Shown here: one piece after another, positions 51,429-60,988 of the stretch
How positions within the stretch are numbered: the first letter of the stretch is position 1
Layout: every line of letters begins with the position of its first letter
Virus record (IMG/VR): IMGVR_UViG_3300028833_000075
Location: 32,001-96,000 of that record
Direction: 5' to 3' (one strand)
DNA length: 64,000 bases
Source of the DNA: a virus
Lineage: Duplodnaviria; Caudoviricetes
Program-made: the position numbers and the translations under genes
Notes under the pieces: model-generated
Database searches by the model: none
What the model saw: only the letters and a program-made list of their open reading frames with translations
What the model was told of the DNA's origin: nothing

Positions 51429-51943
51429 CTTGCTGCTTCTTCTTTCTCGTCTATATGATTGATTCGACCGAATATTTTGATAATTCGATCGAACATCTCG
51501 GCGTCCATTTCGTTGTAATTATTCCGAACAAAATTGGAATCGTTGAAAGCCGCAACAAGAAAATCATATACCAGTTGATCCGCGTCACGATCTGGATCCA
51601 GTACGCCTTTTTTATAATTAAACAGCTCGTGAATTGGAACAACCTTGATAATCCCGTAACCTGAAGCACTCTTATTCCGGAAATACTTCAGCTTCGTGGG
51701 CTTGATTTCGATTTTTTGACCGTCGATTTCTACACAGTTTTCTTCTTTAAAATCTGACGGCATTTCCTTATTTTCGGAAGAAGCTTCTGGCATCTCTTCC
51801 TTTACCTTTGTTTCTTCCGGAATTTCAGGTTCTTTTGGATCTTCGTATTTAATTGTAAATCCTGTAGGTTTTTTTGTTGTTTGCTCTACTGGCGGCGGCG
51901 GAATTTCTTTTGTCGGCGTCGGCAGAGGAGTTGTTTTTGGCAT
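51392..51943 (-). CDS. Tail assembly chaperone (G-type)
   Basis: 183 aa after the tail tube gene; A AAA AAC heptamer near the 3' end; Pro-rich N-terminus. Confidence 0.7.
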   Translation of the reverse strand: MPKTTPLPTPTKEIPPPPVEQTTKKPTGFTIKYEDPKEPEIPEETKVKEEMPEASSENKEMPSDFKEENCVEIDGQKIEIKPTKLKYFRNKSASGYGIIKVVPIHELFNYKKGVLDPDRDADQLVYDFLVAAFNDSNFVRNNYNEMDAEMFDRIIKIFGRINHIDEKEEAARKNREAQEQAKR

Positions 51944-51967
51944 TGTTATTCCTTCTTTCCTTCAAAT

Positions 51968-52001
51968 AAAAAGGGGATACTGCAAGGTTTGCAGTATCCC
52001 C
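51968..52001 (-). terminator. Intrinsic terminator after tail tube gene
   Basis: GGGGATACTGCA/TGCAGTATCCCC stem plus T-run on the minus strand. Confidence 0.75.
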
Positions 52002-52059
52002 TCGGAGATTAACTAACTGAAACCTTTATATGAAATCCTTAATCGTTAGCAATCTGCGC

Positions 52060-54772
52060 TTACTTCTTGTAGTAAGCAGTGCTGTAAGCACCTTCGTCAT
52101 TCCGCTTAGCATCCAGAGCCTGCAGCTCAAAAGAGAACGTTGCCAATAAATGTTCAACGTGGGTCGCTAATCCACGTCCGCCTTTCGGCTGCTCTACGTC
52201 ACCGTAGAAGTTCAGATCATATCTTCACCCTATTTTTAGGGGCTTCCCATTTCGGATCGCTTGATCCTACGTCTTTCGACTGATCGTTAGGCTTTTATGA
52301 ACAAACTTTCTCATAATGATAACCTTTGTATTTTTTATTGAAACGAATTGCTCTTGAAAGATTAGAGATTAGCACACCAAGATAATCAGCACATTCCGTC
52401 ATAGAATTAAATTCTTGACCTGTTTCAACTATACGGATATGAATTTTCGATGCTTCTCTTGCGTTTTTATAATCTTCTTCAGTAAATGCGTGTACAGGAG
52501 GATGCTTTATAGAGTATTCACGCATACGTTTGCACATAGCGTCATATCTATCTTTCGGCATTTTCCTTCCTCTTTGGGATTCACTTATTTTACGTTTTGA
52601 TTCTTCTGAATGGTGTTTGCCTGTCATTCCGTTAGGTTTACCTTTTAATGCATCGCTAATTCTTTTTCTAATTTCAGGTGGATATTCCTGATGTTCTCCA
52701 CCTTCTTTTATGTTGTATCCATATTTATCATTGTTTGTCTGATATTCTTTTATGTATCTTCTTTCAAGTTCCATTGCTTCCTTTTCTGTTTCACATGTCG
52801 TAATGATTTCGTGAATGAAATCATTCCATCCATATTTTTTAATTGCGTGCCAGAAATGTACACAATTTCTATATCCACTTCCGTCGCCATTAAATCTTTT
52901 TGTCCATGGGTCTTGACATGTGATTCCAATATATTTCTTTCCAGTTGTTTTACTGGTATGCATATAAACAGTATACAAAGTATTATCCTCCTATTTATTT
53001 GTAGGAGATGTTGTTCATTTTAGCACGGTAGGTTGTCTCTCCCCTTTACGTCACTTTTCGAATGGCAGAATCAGAGAAAGAGTTTCCCCGTTTAAGGAAG
53101 ATTTTTCAAGCACATTGCTGTGCAGGGTGCCACATACGTTTAGCACTCTTATAGGACGTGTCCATACCCGGAATGCTCGTAATACGAGCGCGGAACACCT
53201 TCACGATGTAGTAACCAACAATGGAGCTTTCGGTGCAGTCGTCGCCAGAGCCGTACACGGGCCAGATGGCTGTACATTCGCCGATAGCAGATTCCTTGTT
53301 GGTGATGATGGCTTCAGAGACTTCCTTCGTGTAGTTGTACACAACATCCACAAAATCAATGTCATCGTCAGCAGAGAAGGTGATCGTCTTGCCGTTGATC
53401 AGATAATGACCAGCGGTCACAGTACCGGACTGTGTGGTAATGGGTTCCAGATTCGCGATGTACACAGAACCCTCGATAGGAGTCTGCAGCAGATTAATCT
53501 GGTGGTTCTGATCGGGTTCATGCCGCTCAGCAGTAGGCAGAGCATAGTTAGCATTAGCCGCATACTCAGTCTTGTTCGCCATTGCAAACAGGTCGGCATC
53601 GAACTTACCCATGATGTTCAGTATGATTCGTTACTTCATACCCGTCACTTACGTGACTGCTCTATGTTGCCATAGAGTTCAGACTATATCTTCACCCTAT
53701 AAAATAGGGGCCAGCCATTTCGAACCACTTGGTTCTACTCCCTTATGGGATAGTCGTTAGACTTTTATGTTGTTGTTTATATATCCAATGATATCCGCCA
53801 GCCGTTTTGCTTCTACCCGTTAAAACACTCGATATCGAACCTTGAGAAGTATTTGACATTTTTGCCGCCATTCCAATTGATGGATAAACAGCACCTGTTT
53901 CAACACAAACGACTTCTTTTCTGTTTTTATTGTTCATTGCAATCTTAATTTTTGATTCTTCAGATAAAACATGAGTTTTACCTATATGAGCGATTCGATT
54001 TTTTTGTTTTGATTCTTCAGATTGTTTCTTACCTAAACAATTTGTATTTCCAGTAGAAGCTTTTCGTATCTTTTCTTTTGTTTCTTCTGATCTTTTTATT
54101 CCAGTTAAAGCGTTTTTAATTTTATTTTTTGTTTCTTCTGAATGTCGTGTTCGAGATCCGCCTGAATCTAGATTATATCCATATCCCATATCAGTTGTTT
54201 TAAACTCTGAAATTAATTGCTTTTCTAAATCAGAAGCTTCTTCTGCCGTTAATCCGGAAGCGTAAATTATATGTTCAAATTCACTCCATCCGTATTTCTT
54301 TACGGCGTTAGAAAAATACTTATTGTGGCTGTAGTTTGTTCCATTATGCCATCTTTCATTTGGCTTTTGACTTGTCAATCCTATATATCGTTTATTGTTT
54401 ACTTTGTTTCGATGGATATACACACAATAATCTCTACTCATTTTCATTCTCTCTTTCATAACAACAACAATTTAGTACGGTGAGTTGCCCTTGTAGGGGT
54501 TTCTCCGTTTAAGCTGGGATTTGTACATATCATTACTGATATGCCCTGCAGTTTTGTTTACAGGTAAAGTTCATAGTAAAGGTGGAACTGCCGGGCAGAA
54601 CAGCCACAGGGAACAGAGACCAACCGGCATTAACATCCAGAGTCTCGATGTTCGCACTAACAGTTGCAGCAGTCAGCTCATCAAACGCATAGGCATGGCC
54701 ATCGCACCGACGGAAAATAACCTTCGGGACATCGGCAACATAGCCTTTAAGCGCAGCATTATAGGTCGCCAT
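52060..54772 (-). CDS. Major tail (tube) protein, three exons: 54772-54560, 53609-53142, 52143-52060; spliced product 254 aa
   Basis: Joined exons are in frame (..TMNFTC|GKFDADLF..DTSYKSA|ATFSFELQALDAKRND..YYKK*); GC-rich codon usage like the capsid gene; position between tail terminator and chaperones. Confidence 0.8.
52144..53141 (-). mobile_element. Group I intron 2 (IA2-like) in tail tube gene
   Basis: P1 GUGCU/GGCAC with U.G at the splice site; P3 CUUCC/GGAAG; R CUAACGAUCA (52281-90) and S AAGAUAUGAUC (52215-25); terminal G at 52144. Confidence 0.9.
52295..52978 (-). CDS. Intron-encoded GIY-YIG homing endonuclease (NUMOD3 repeats, C-terminal HTH)
   Basis: VYMH..KKYIGIT, GYNIKEGG, GKHHSEESKRKISES; lies within intron 2. 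Confidence 0.9.
   Translation of the reverse strand: MYTVYMHTSKTTGKKYIGITCQDPWTKRFNGDGSGYRNCVHFWHAIKKYGWNDFIHEIITTCETEKEAMELERRYIKEYQTNNDKYGYNIKEGGEHQEYPPEIRKRISDALKGKPNGMTGKHHSEESKRKISESQRGRKMPKDRYDAMCKRMREYSIKHPPVHAFTEEDYKNAREASKIHIRIVETGQEFNSMTECADYLGVLISNLSRAIRFNKKYKGYHYEKVCS
53610..54559 (-). mobile_element. Group I intron 1 (IA2-like) in tail tube gene
   Basis: P1 CCUGU(A)/UGCAGG with U.G; P3 CCAGC/GCUGG; R CUAACGACUA (53751-60) and S AAGAUAUAGUC (53682-92); terminal G at 53610. Confidence 0.9.
53743..54459 (-). CDS. Intron-encoded GIY-YIG homing endonuclease (NUMOD3, NUMOD1-like HTH); start may be 54441
   Basis: VYIH..KRYIGLT, GYNLDSGG, HSEETKNKI repeats, TAGGYHW; the 3' end overlaps the intron R element. 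Confidence 0.9.
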   Translation of the reverse strand: MKERMKMSRDYCVYIHRNKVNNKRYIGLTSQKPNERWHNGTNYSHNKYFSNAVKKYGWSEFEHIIYASGLTAEEASDLEKQLISEFKTTDMGYGYNLDSGGSRTRHSEETKNKIKNALTGIKRSEETKEKIRKASTGNTNCLGKKQSEESKQKNRIAHIGKTHVLSEESKIKIAMNNKNRKEVVCVETGAVYPSIGMAAKMSNTSQGSISSVLTGRSKTAGGYHWIYKQQHKSLTTIP

Positions 54773-54934
54773 AGTACATGACCTCTCTTATAATTTATTT
54801 ATACCTCGGCCTCAATAATCTGTCCTCCCAGAAACTTCATATGTTGGCTTAGATATAGCAATGTAGAGGCCTTTAAATAACCTTTGCGACGTTAACCCAG
54901 CCGCCGGAGTGTATTATCAGCCCATGCAGGCTAA

Positions 54935-55402
54935 TTAGTACGGCTTCATATAGTAAAAGGAAATACTCCTTCTCTCGTAGCCGTTTGTTCTGGTTCCGGG
55001 GTCATCATTTCCCGGCGCAAGCCAGAAACGATATCCCGTTCCTGCAAGATATCTTTGCTGTGTTAAAAGTTTATAAATACGTTCAACAATCAGATCCATC
55101 CGTGAAACTAAACGATCGTCTCCGATGTTGCGCATTTCTTCTTGCTTTAAATAAATATCAAATGTTAGTATATTTTTTTTGACATTTGGCACTTCGGTAT
55201 CATGTCCCGTAATATCAGAATATATGATTCTGCAAACTTCATCTGTTAAGAGTTTGTTTGTATATCCGGCACGAATAAAATATCTATCGACAAATTGCAA
55301 GATGCCTGTCTTTGGAGGTATTTTCATTAGCCGCTTTAAGTCGAGATCAGGCCAAATGATCTGCCGGATTATTTTATTCCATGCATAAGTCCAGCCAATC
55401 AT
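54935..55402 (-). CDS. Putative tail terminator protein
   Basis: 155 aa immediately upstream of the tail tube gene; synteny only. Confidence 0.55.
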   Translation of the reverse strand: MIGWTYAWNKIIRQIIWPDLDLKRLMKIPPKTGILQFVDRYFIRAGYTNKLLTDEVCRIIYSDITGHDTEVPNVKKNILTFDIYLKQEEMRNIGDDRLVSRMDLIVERIYKLLTQQRYLAGTGYRFWLAPGNDDPGTRTNGYERRSISFYYMKPY

Positions 55403-55815
55403 TTTAAAACACCTCCTAATTGTTCTTGTATTTTTTGAATAATTGGTTCCTTACACGATTCTGCCAGCCGATTTTTTACATCAGCCGTCGCTAATCTGTC
55501 TTGAACCATATCGTTTATTCGTGATTTAATAACAGAATAAGCATTGGAAAGAATAAATTCAGCGTAAGAATCTACTCCGTCCGGGATAGATAAATAATAT
55601 AAACGAGCTGAGATATTGTTGTCAGATATCGTTACCTCTGCTCTTGCTTGTCTTGCAAGATCGCTTAATTTATTTTGCTGTGTTTCAGATTGAGCCGCAG
55701 AAGCTTCGGCCATAATCTCATACTCAAAATATCTTCGACATTCGGATTGCATGTCGAATCCTTGATCTCCAAGGATTTCAGCAAGATTATTAATTTTAAT
55801 ATCCATGCAAACCAC
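55399..55815 (-). CDS. Putative neck/tail completion protein
   Basis: 138 aa; synteny only. Confidence 0.5.
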   Translation of the reverse strand: MVCMDIKINNLAEILGDQGFDMQSECRRYFEYEIMAEASAAQSETQQNKLSDLARQARAEVTISDNNISARLYYLSIPDGVDSYAEFILSNAYSVIKSRINDMVQDRLATADVKNRLAESCKEPIIQKIQEQLGGVLK

Positions 55816-56569
55816 CTGGCTGTTTTTTAGCTTGGATTTTTAGTGTGCCGAATGTGCCTGTTATGTCTACGCCAACCCTGTTAATATCAACGATTTCATA
55901 TGTTTCGTCGCCCCATTCAAATATATCATCGACATGAATATTTTTTGTTTGCTCGTTAAATTGAACAGTTAAAAGCGTTAAAGCGTTAACGACTCCACCT
56001 GGCGTTCCGGATACTGTGACGTATTCCGGTCTTCCATCGTATCTGTATGCGTTGCACGGGATTGGCTCGACAATTGTTTGAAATTGTCCTTCGTTTCCAT
56101 AATCGTACTTTTCTCCGCTTACTACATACCCATCTTCATTAATTACGTAGCCTTCTTCGTCGACTTCAGCCGCTTTAAATCTTTTTATGTTCAGATATAA
56201 ATTACAGCGCACAGCTCTGGATGGAATGTCGTTCGACTCTTTATGACCGTCCCAGTCTAGAATAAAAATTGTTGAATCTGGTTCGACAACCATGTCTCCC
56301 TTTCTGATTCCGCTTGTAAGGGAGCAACGTATATTCATATTATTGTCTGTATTTTCATATCGGCTTTTTGTACTGTCTGGATAGATTTCTCCACGGATAT
56401 AAACTGGTTCATAACCTTCTTTGTTCCTGTTGTACCAATTATGGATAAGTTCAAAATCCATGTTTGTATTAGGGATATCCCTATCCAGGAAAGCATCGAA
56501 GTCTGCGGCTAATGTTCTTGGAACCCTAAACCGCTTGGAGGTACCTTGCGGTACATATGGAATAGACAT
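55796..56569 (-). CDS. Putative head closure/head-tail adaptor protein
   Basis: 257 aa, beta-rich, with AAGGAG RBS; synteny. Confidence 0.55.
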   Translation of the reverse strand: MSIPYVPQGTSKRFRVPRTLAADFDAFLDRDIPNTNMDFELIHNWYNRNKEGYEPVYIRGEIYPDSTKSRYENTDNNMNIRCSLTSGIRKGDMVVEPDSTIFILDWDGHKESNDIPSRAVRCNLYLNIKRFKAAEVDEEGYVINEDGYVVSGEKYDYGNEGQFQTIVEPIPCNAYRYDGRPEYVTVSGTPGGVVNALTLLTVQFNEQTKNIHVDDIFEWGDETYEIVDINRVGVDITGTFGTLKIQAKKQPGGLHGY

Positions 56570-56584
56570 TAGCCGTCACTCCTT

Positions 56585-56914
56585 TTATTTCATAGTTTGG
56601 TTAATAAAATCAGAGATAGATATTTGATCTGCTTTGATTCCCTTGTATGTAAGATTTTGTGGCAGCCGTTTAATTGCGTTTGCCTGATCCAGCATTTTAT
56701 GTCGAATCTTTTTAAAGCGTTCCATCATTTCCGGATCCCATTCTTCTTTCTGTTTGTTCCCGGAAAATACATAGAATGCATCTTCGATTTCCATAATCAG
56801 ACGCATTAATTCAAGATTAAGCATCTCAGTATAGGAAATGAAATCATATTCTTTCTCGACAACTGTCTCGAGATTCTTGTTTTTATATTCTACTTTCACG
56901 ATAAAGTCACTCAT
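56585..56914 (-). CDS. Hypothetical protein
   Basis: 109-aa ORF in the head-tail joining block. Confidence 0.6.
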   Translation of the reverse strand: MSDFIVKVEYKNKNLETVVEKEYDFISYTEMLNLELMRLIMEIEDAFYVFSGNKQKEEWDPEMMERFKKIRHKMLDQANAIKRLPQNLTYKGIKADQISISDFINQTMK

Positions 56915-56929
56915 TTGCCTTCAAATCCT

Positions 56930-57430
56930 TTACGATACGCCAAGAGTATATCGAACCATCTTGTAGTAAATGATTCTTCGCTCGTTGTCGAGTTTGTCAA
57001 TTGTGTCTTTAAGATTAGTATACGGTTTATCTGCATTTGTTACCGTTATTGCATCAGTAGAGTAACCGAAGGCATTATTCACATCGCTTTGCACTTTAGA
57101 AAAAAAATTTATTTCTGCGCAGATTTGAATATATCTTCTTTCGTCTAACGGAAACACCGCGTCGTAACCGTAATATGTAATAGTTTCACTTTCTTCGAAA
57201 GAGCTTTCGGGTTCTTCAATGCCTTCAGGTTCTTCTTCTGTTACTGTTACATACTTTTCTTCGTCGTATTGTTCTGAGCGGCCAGTATCGACGAAGAGCC
57301 TTTCGATTCCATCTATAACCATATTAATATAATTCTTGTCGGTTAATGGAACTGGAGTTTCCTGCCACTCCGTCTTTTCTTTCAGCCATTCGGCTAATTT
57401 TGATATGTTTAACATACTGGCTGCCTCCAA
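56930..57430 (-). CDS. Putative head-tail connector protein (start likely ~57414)
   Basis: Helical protein with GGAGG RBS before MLNISKL; synteny. Confidence 0.55.
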   Translation of the reverse strand: MEAASMLNISKLAEWLKEKTEWQETPVPLTDKNYINMVIDGIERLFVDTGRSEQYDEEKYVTVTEEEPEGIEEPESSFEESETITYYGYDAVFPLDERRYIQICAEINFFSKVQSDVNNAFGYSTDAITVTNADKPYTNLKDTIDKLDNERRIIYYKMVRYTLGVS

Positions 57431-57434
57431 TTAT

Positions 57435-57884
57435 TTACTCGCTAAACACATCTGCTTCGGGAAGTCTTGCCATGATTACCTTCATCTTGCTAGTTGGAAG
57501 ATCCATGCTCTTTGCAACGTCCAAAATAGAATTAAGTTCAATCACGTCTTCAATCTTCTCAAGCCAAACTTCGATCTGTTTAGCTGATTTTTTCAAGTTT
57601 GCGCTGATCTCGTCTTTACTGAAATGTTTTTCAGAATATGTATCTGTATAACCGCCAAGATCCTCCAGCGTCAGATCCTTGCCGTCATCGCTTACGGCAA
57701 CCAATTCTTTGGAAGAGAATGGCTTCTTCTTTCCGCGAGCGATTGTTTCCAGATACAGAATGTCGTTAACTGTCATAGGCAGAAAACTACCTGCCCGAAT
57801 AATGGGCTTAACACCGCTTGTCAGTGTTACACCGATGTCATAACCACAACGGTTGAATACCCTGAATACTTTTGATCCATCCAT
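57435..57884 (-). CDS. Hypothetical protein following capsid gene
   Basis: 149-aa ORF with RBS. Confidence 0.65.
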   Translation of the reverse strand: MDGSKVFRVFNRCGYDIGVTLTSGVKPIIRAGSFLPMTVNDILYLETIARGKKKPFSSKELVAVSDDGKDLTLEDLGGYTDTYSEKHFSKDEISANLKKSAKQIEVWLEKIEDVIELNSILDVAKSMDLPTSKMKVIMARLPEADVFSE

Positions 57885-57907
57885 GTTCCTTCAATCCTTT
57901 CGAAATT

Positions 57908-57938
57908 AAAAAGCGGGGAGAGGCCAAAGCCTCTCCCC
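57908..57938 (-). terminator. Intrinsic terminator after capsid gene
   Basis: GGGGAGAGGC/GCCTCTCCCC stem plus T-run on the minus strand. Confidence 0.75.
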
Positions 57939-57959
57939 TTTATTTTTACCCGTTTTAGT

Positions 57960-58964
57960 TTACGCAATCTCGTGAGCGCCAGCTGTAGGATTCTTGCCAA
58001 CAACGAAGGCCGCGCCAAACCAAGTGTAAAGCAGCACTTCGGTAACGCGATCATCGATGTTCTGAGAAGCCATAGAGTTGATACCGCCTTCATTGACGAT
58101 CTTCAGGTTCCGCATTTCAGCAGACTGTCCGCCAGGAACGATGTAGATCCAGTCAGGATTCAGCACAGGAGTCACGCCATCAGCCTTGTAAGCATTGTTC
58201 ATACCTACAACATCAGCGCCCTTCCACTTGCCGAGGAAGCCATTGCCATTATGCTCATCGATCATGGAGCCGGAGTATGCCCAAGTAGGCGTAGTGTTGA
58301 TAGTCATGCCAGCAGAAGCATCCAGCTGACCCACAGCCGCAATATCGCCCAGCAGTGTCACAGGACCCAGCCGACGGAAATGCAGCACCTGAGCCTCCAG
58401 CAGAGCAGGATTGAAGCCGCCGGTGCTCTTGGCGTACCAAGGAGTTGCATTCACATTCTGGAAGCCAGCCTGCAGAACGTTCTCCACGATCTCCAGCTTC
58501 TTTTCCAGAATCTTGGCATTCGCTTCACGAATCAGGTCGGCCATATTGAAGCGGCCAGCCTTCAGATCAACGATGTTGATAGCAGGACGAGCGGAGATTT
58601 CCTTCGTCCCGACCAGCAGCTGGTGATCTGTAATGTAGCTACGGGCAGTGGTGGCACCCTTAGCCTGAACATAAGCATGGATGCCGTCGGTGCGAACCTT
58701 GAAAGCCGCCTTTTCGCCGTAGTTGATATTCTTTTCGTCGGCAATCGCGCCGAGGAAATCCAGAGCCTTATTCTGCAGCTCTTCAACTGTAAACGCAACG
58801 ATCTGACCGATCTGATGGCAGGTCTGAGGATTCAGGTCTTCCAGCAGTTCAGAGATCAGGCTGTTCGCCTTTTCGATCTGATCGGAGTCGATGCGTTCAT
58901 TCTGATTTTGAGCGGCCAGAACCTTGATCAGCTTTGTGCCGCGTTCAATCTTAATATCAGTCAT
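57960..58964 (-). CDS. Major capsid protein
   Basis: 334 aa with GGAGGTG RBS and strongly biased GC-rich codons, followed by a terminator; position after protease/scaffold and decoration genes. Confidence 0.8.
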   Translation of the reverse strand: MTDIKIERGTKLIKVLAAQNQNERIDSDQIEKANSLISELLEDLNPQTCHQIGQIVAFTVEELQNKALDFLGAIADEKNINYGEKAAFKVRTDGIHAYVQAKGATTARSYITDHQLLVGTKEISARPAINIVDLKAGRFNMADLIREANAKILEKKLEIVENVLQAGFQNVNATPWYAKSTGGFNPALLEAQVLHFRRLGPVTLLGDIAAVGQLDASAGMTINTTPTWAYSGSMIDEHNGNGFLGKWKGADVVGMNNAYKADGVTPVLNPDWIYIVPGGQSAEMRNLKIVNEGGINSMASQNIDDRVTEVLLYTWFGAAFVVGKNPTAGAHEIA

Positions 58965-58980
58965 GTCCGTTCACCTCCGA

Positions 58981-59397
58981 TTAACCGATAGCGCCGGTAG
59001 CCAGAACGCCGTAGGAAGTTCCCACAGTGTACGCACTCGCAGCGCCGCTCACAATAAACTCTTCGCCAACCAGCAGGGGATGAGCGCGAAGCAGGTCCCC
59101 AACCTTCGTGACATATTCACGATTGTCGTATTCTCCGCCATCGTTAAAGTCGTCCATACCATTCTCAACGAAATAGTACCGCTTGTTCAGCTTATCAACA
59201 ACAAAACGATAGCCAAGTTCACCATAGATATCGGTGATTTCCTTACAGACAAACTTGGTAGTAGTATCGGCAGCAGGCAGCACCAGAGAGTCGCCATCCT
59301 GCACCATAATAGTGCCGTTAGCAACAGGAGCGGCTGCGCCGTTTACCAGTTCGCCTTCATACACATAGCCTTGAAGCTTTGTCATATAGCCAGCCAT
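58981..59397 (-). CDS. Head decoration/cement protein (putative)
   Basis: 138 aa between scaffold and capsid with the same high-expression codon bias. Confidence 0.6.
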   Translation of the reverse strand: MAGYMTKLQGYVYEGELVNGAAAPVANGTIMVQDGDSLVLPAADTTTKFVCKEITDIYGELGYRFVVDKLNKRYYFVENGMDDFNDGGEYDNREYVTKVGDLLRAHPLLVGEEFIVSGAASAYTVGTSYGVLATGAIG

Positions 59398-59428
59398 AGT
59401 AAATCATTTCCTTTCGATAGATTTCTGC

Positions 59429-60808
59429 TTATCGACTAAGCAGATCCCGTCCGTTCTTCTTTTCTGCGGGTTGAAGCAGATCGTAGTAATCAGCTTTAGC
59501 CGTCATCGAATCAACAAACGGGTTAATCGCTTCTGCTGCAACATTAAGTTTTTCCGCAGAAGCCGTAACACGCTGTTCCTTCAGAGATTTAACCTCTTCA
59601 GCCAGAGCCTTTACGGTCTCTGTTAATTCAGCAATCAACTGTTCAGCGGTCTTTTTCTTCTCGTCGTCGTTTTCAACGCGAGGCACGGTTTCATCGGCAG
59701 CGGGTTCGGGATCTCCATCACCGGACTCGCCGGAGTTATCCGTGGGTACAGGATCATTCGCAGTAGGTTCCGGATCACCGTCAGCCTCAGCGACACGTAA
59801 ACCTTCTTCGGTCTCTACGAGAGTGCCTTCGATCGTGTCGCTTGCGCCTTCAGTTACTTCAACTCTTTGAAACGCAGACTTTCCAGTTTCGGAATCGTAT
59901 GCATATGTTGTTTCAGTAACAGAAGTTGTAGTGTCTACGTACACTGCCGCAGTTTCTTTTTCGGCTTCTTCAGCCTTTTTTTCTTCCTTTTTACAGGAAG
60001 CATCTTCGGTCTTTTCTTCTTCAGCTTTTACAGTTTCTTCTGTGTTCTCAACAGTTTTTTCAGCTGTTTCTTGGACCTTTGTTTCAGCCGTCTCGGTTTC
60101 CTGTTCGGCTACCGCTTCGGGCTGAGTTGCAGCCTGTTCAGGCTGGGTGGCTTCAGTGTTTTCTTCAGCCATAAGCTCTTGCTTGTTTTCAAGCTTTTCA
60201 ACTTCCGCCATTTCCATCTCACCCCTTTCGGTGTTTCCTGCTTCGCGCTGTGCGACAAATTCAAGCGCAACAGCATCTTCACAAGCAGGGAAGGTCACAA
60301 TGGCCGTGCCTTCCAGGTAATTGTTTTCGGACGCATCGATAATAAGGATTCCTTCTTCATCTTCTTCGTAATCAGAACAGGCAATTTCAAAAGAAAATTT
60401 AAGAGAGCCGTCTGCAAAAAGAGTCGCAATTGCTTGACTTAATTTTTTGTTACGCTTCGGAATCCTGGCATAACCTACAAGATAAGCCCCGCCTTTAAAC
60501 GTTTCTTTTTCGAATTGATAGAAAGATCCAATCTGCGTCGAATAGAATTCTCCGGTCTTAGCATTGTACATGTGACCGAGATTACCGTACTTTCCGCTAA
60601 GTAAAGACTTAACATCTGCGTACAGCGGCAGTCCGACATACCGTTCTTCGTTACCGACGACTTCGTCGATAAAAGCTTCAGTAACTCTAACTCCATTAAG
60701 ATTCGCTTTAGGAGTCTCAAGTATTCGCATCTTTACAGACATGAACATATCGGACTGTTTCATTTCGGAGATGACAGAAGCAAAGCTGATAAATTTGGCC
60801 TTACTCAT
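59429..60808 (-). CDS. Prohead protease-scaffold fusion
   Basis: Start at ATG 60808 behind AAGGAG; N-terminal domain with LGH, FSFEI and VTFPA motifs; long acidic E/A/T-rich C-terminal scaffold region. Confidence 0.7.
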   Translation of the reverse strand: MSKAKFISFASVISEMKQSDMFMSVKMRILETPKANLNGVRVTEAFIDEVVGNEERYVGLPLYADVKSLLSGKYGNLGHMYNAKTGEFYSTQIGSFYQFEKETFKGGAYLVGYARIPKRNKKLSQAIATLFADGSLKFSFEIACSDYEEDEEGILIIDASENNYLEGTAIVTFPACEDAVALEFVAQREAGNTERGEMEMAEVEKLENKQELMAEENTEATQPEQAATQPEAVAEQETETAETKVQETAEKTVENTEETVKAEEEKTEDASCKKEEKKAEEAEKETAAVYVDTTTSVTETTYAYDSETGKSAFQRVEVTEGASDTIEGTLVETEEGLRVAEADGDPEPTANDPVPTDNSGESGDGDPEPAADETVPRVENDDEKKKTAEQLIAELTETVKALAEEVKSLKEQRVTASAEKLNVAAEAINPFVDSMTAKADYYDLLQPAEKKNGRDLLSR

Positions 60809-60988
60809 AAAGTTCTCCTTCTTTGCTTTCAATTGTCAATGCTGGGAGTCAAGGCCAATTGAAGCGAATCTATATCAACACTGTAAAGTGTAGATATCGT
60901 CGGCTGTCAGTTAACGCAAGATAAAAGCGCGCCTCTTGCAAAAACTGTTTAACGATATTTTACGAGCTCGTTTACGGCCAAGTGCTCG

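Noticed and set aside
53106-53612. 168-aa ORF, and the 79-aa ORF 54533..54772, as stand-alone genes
   Set aside because: They are exons 2 and 1 of the intron-split tail tube gene; the ATG at 53612 includes the intron's terminal G.
57972-58991. 339-aa plus-strand ORF
   Set aside because: Antisense shadow of the codon-biased major capsid gene; no RBS or recognisable motifs.
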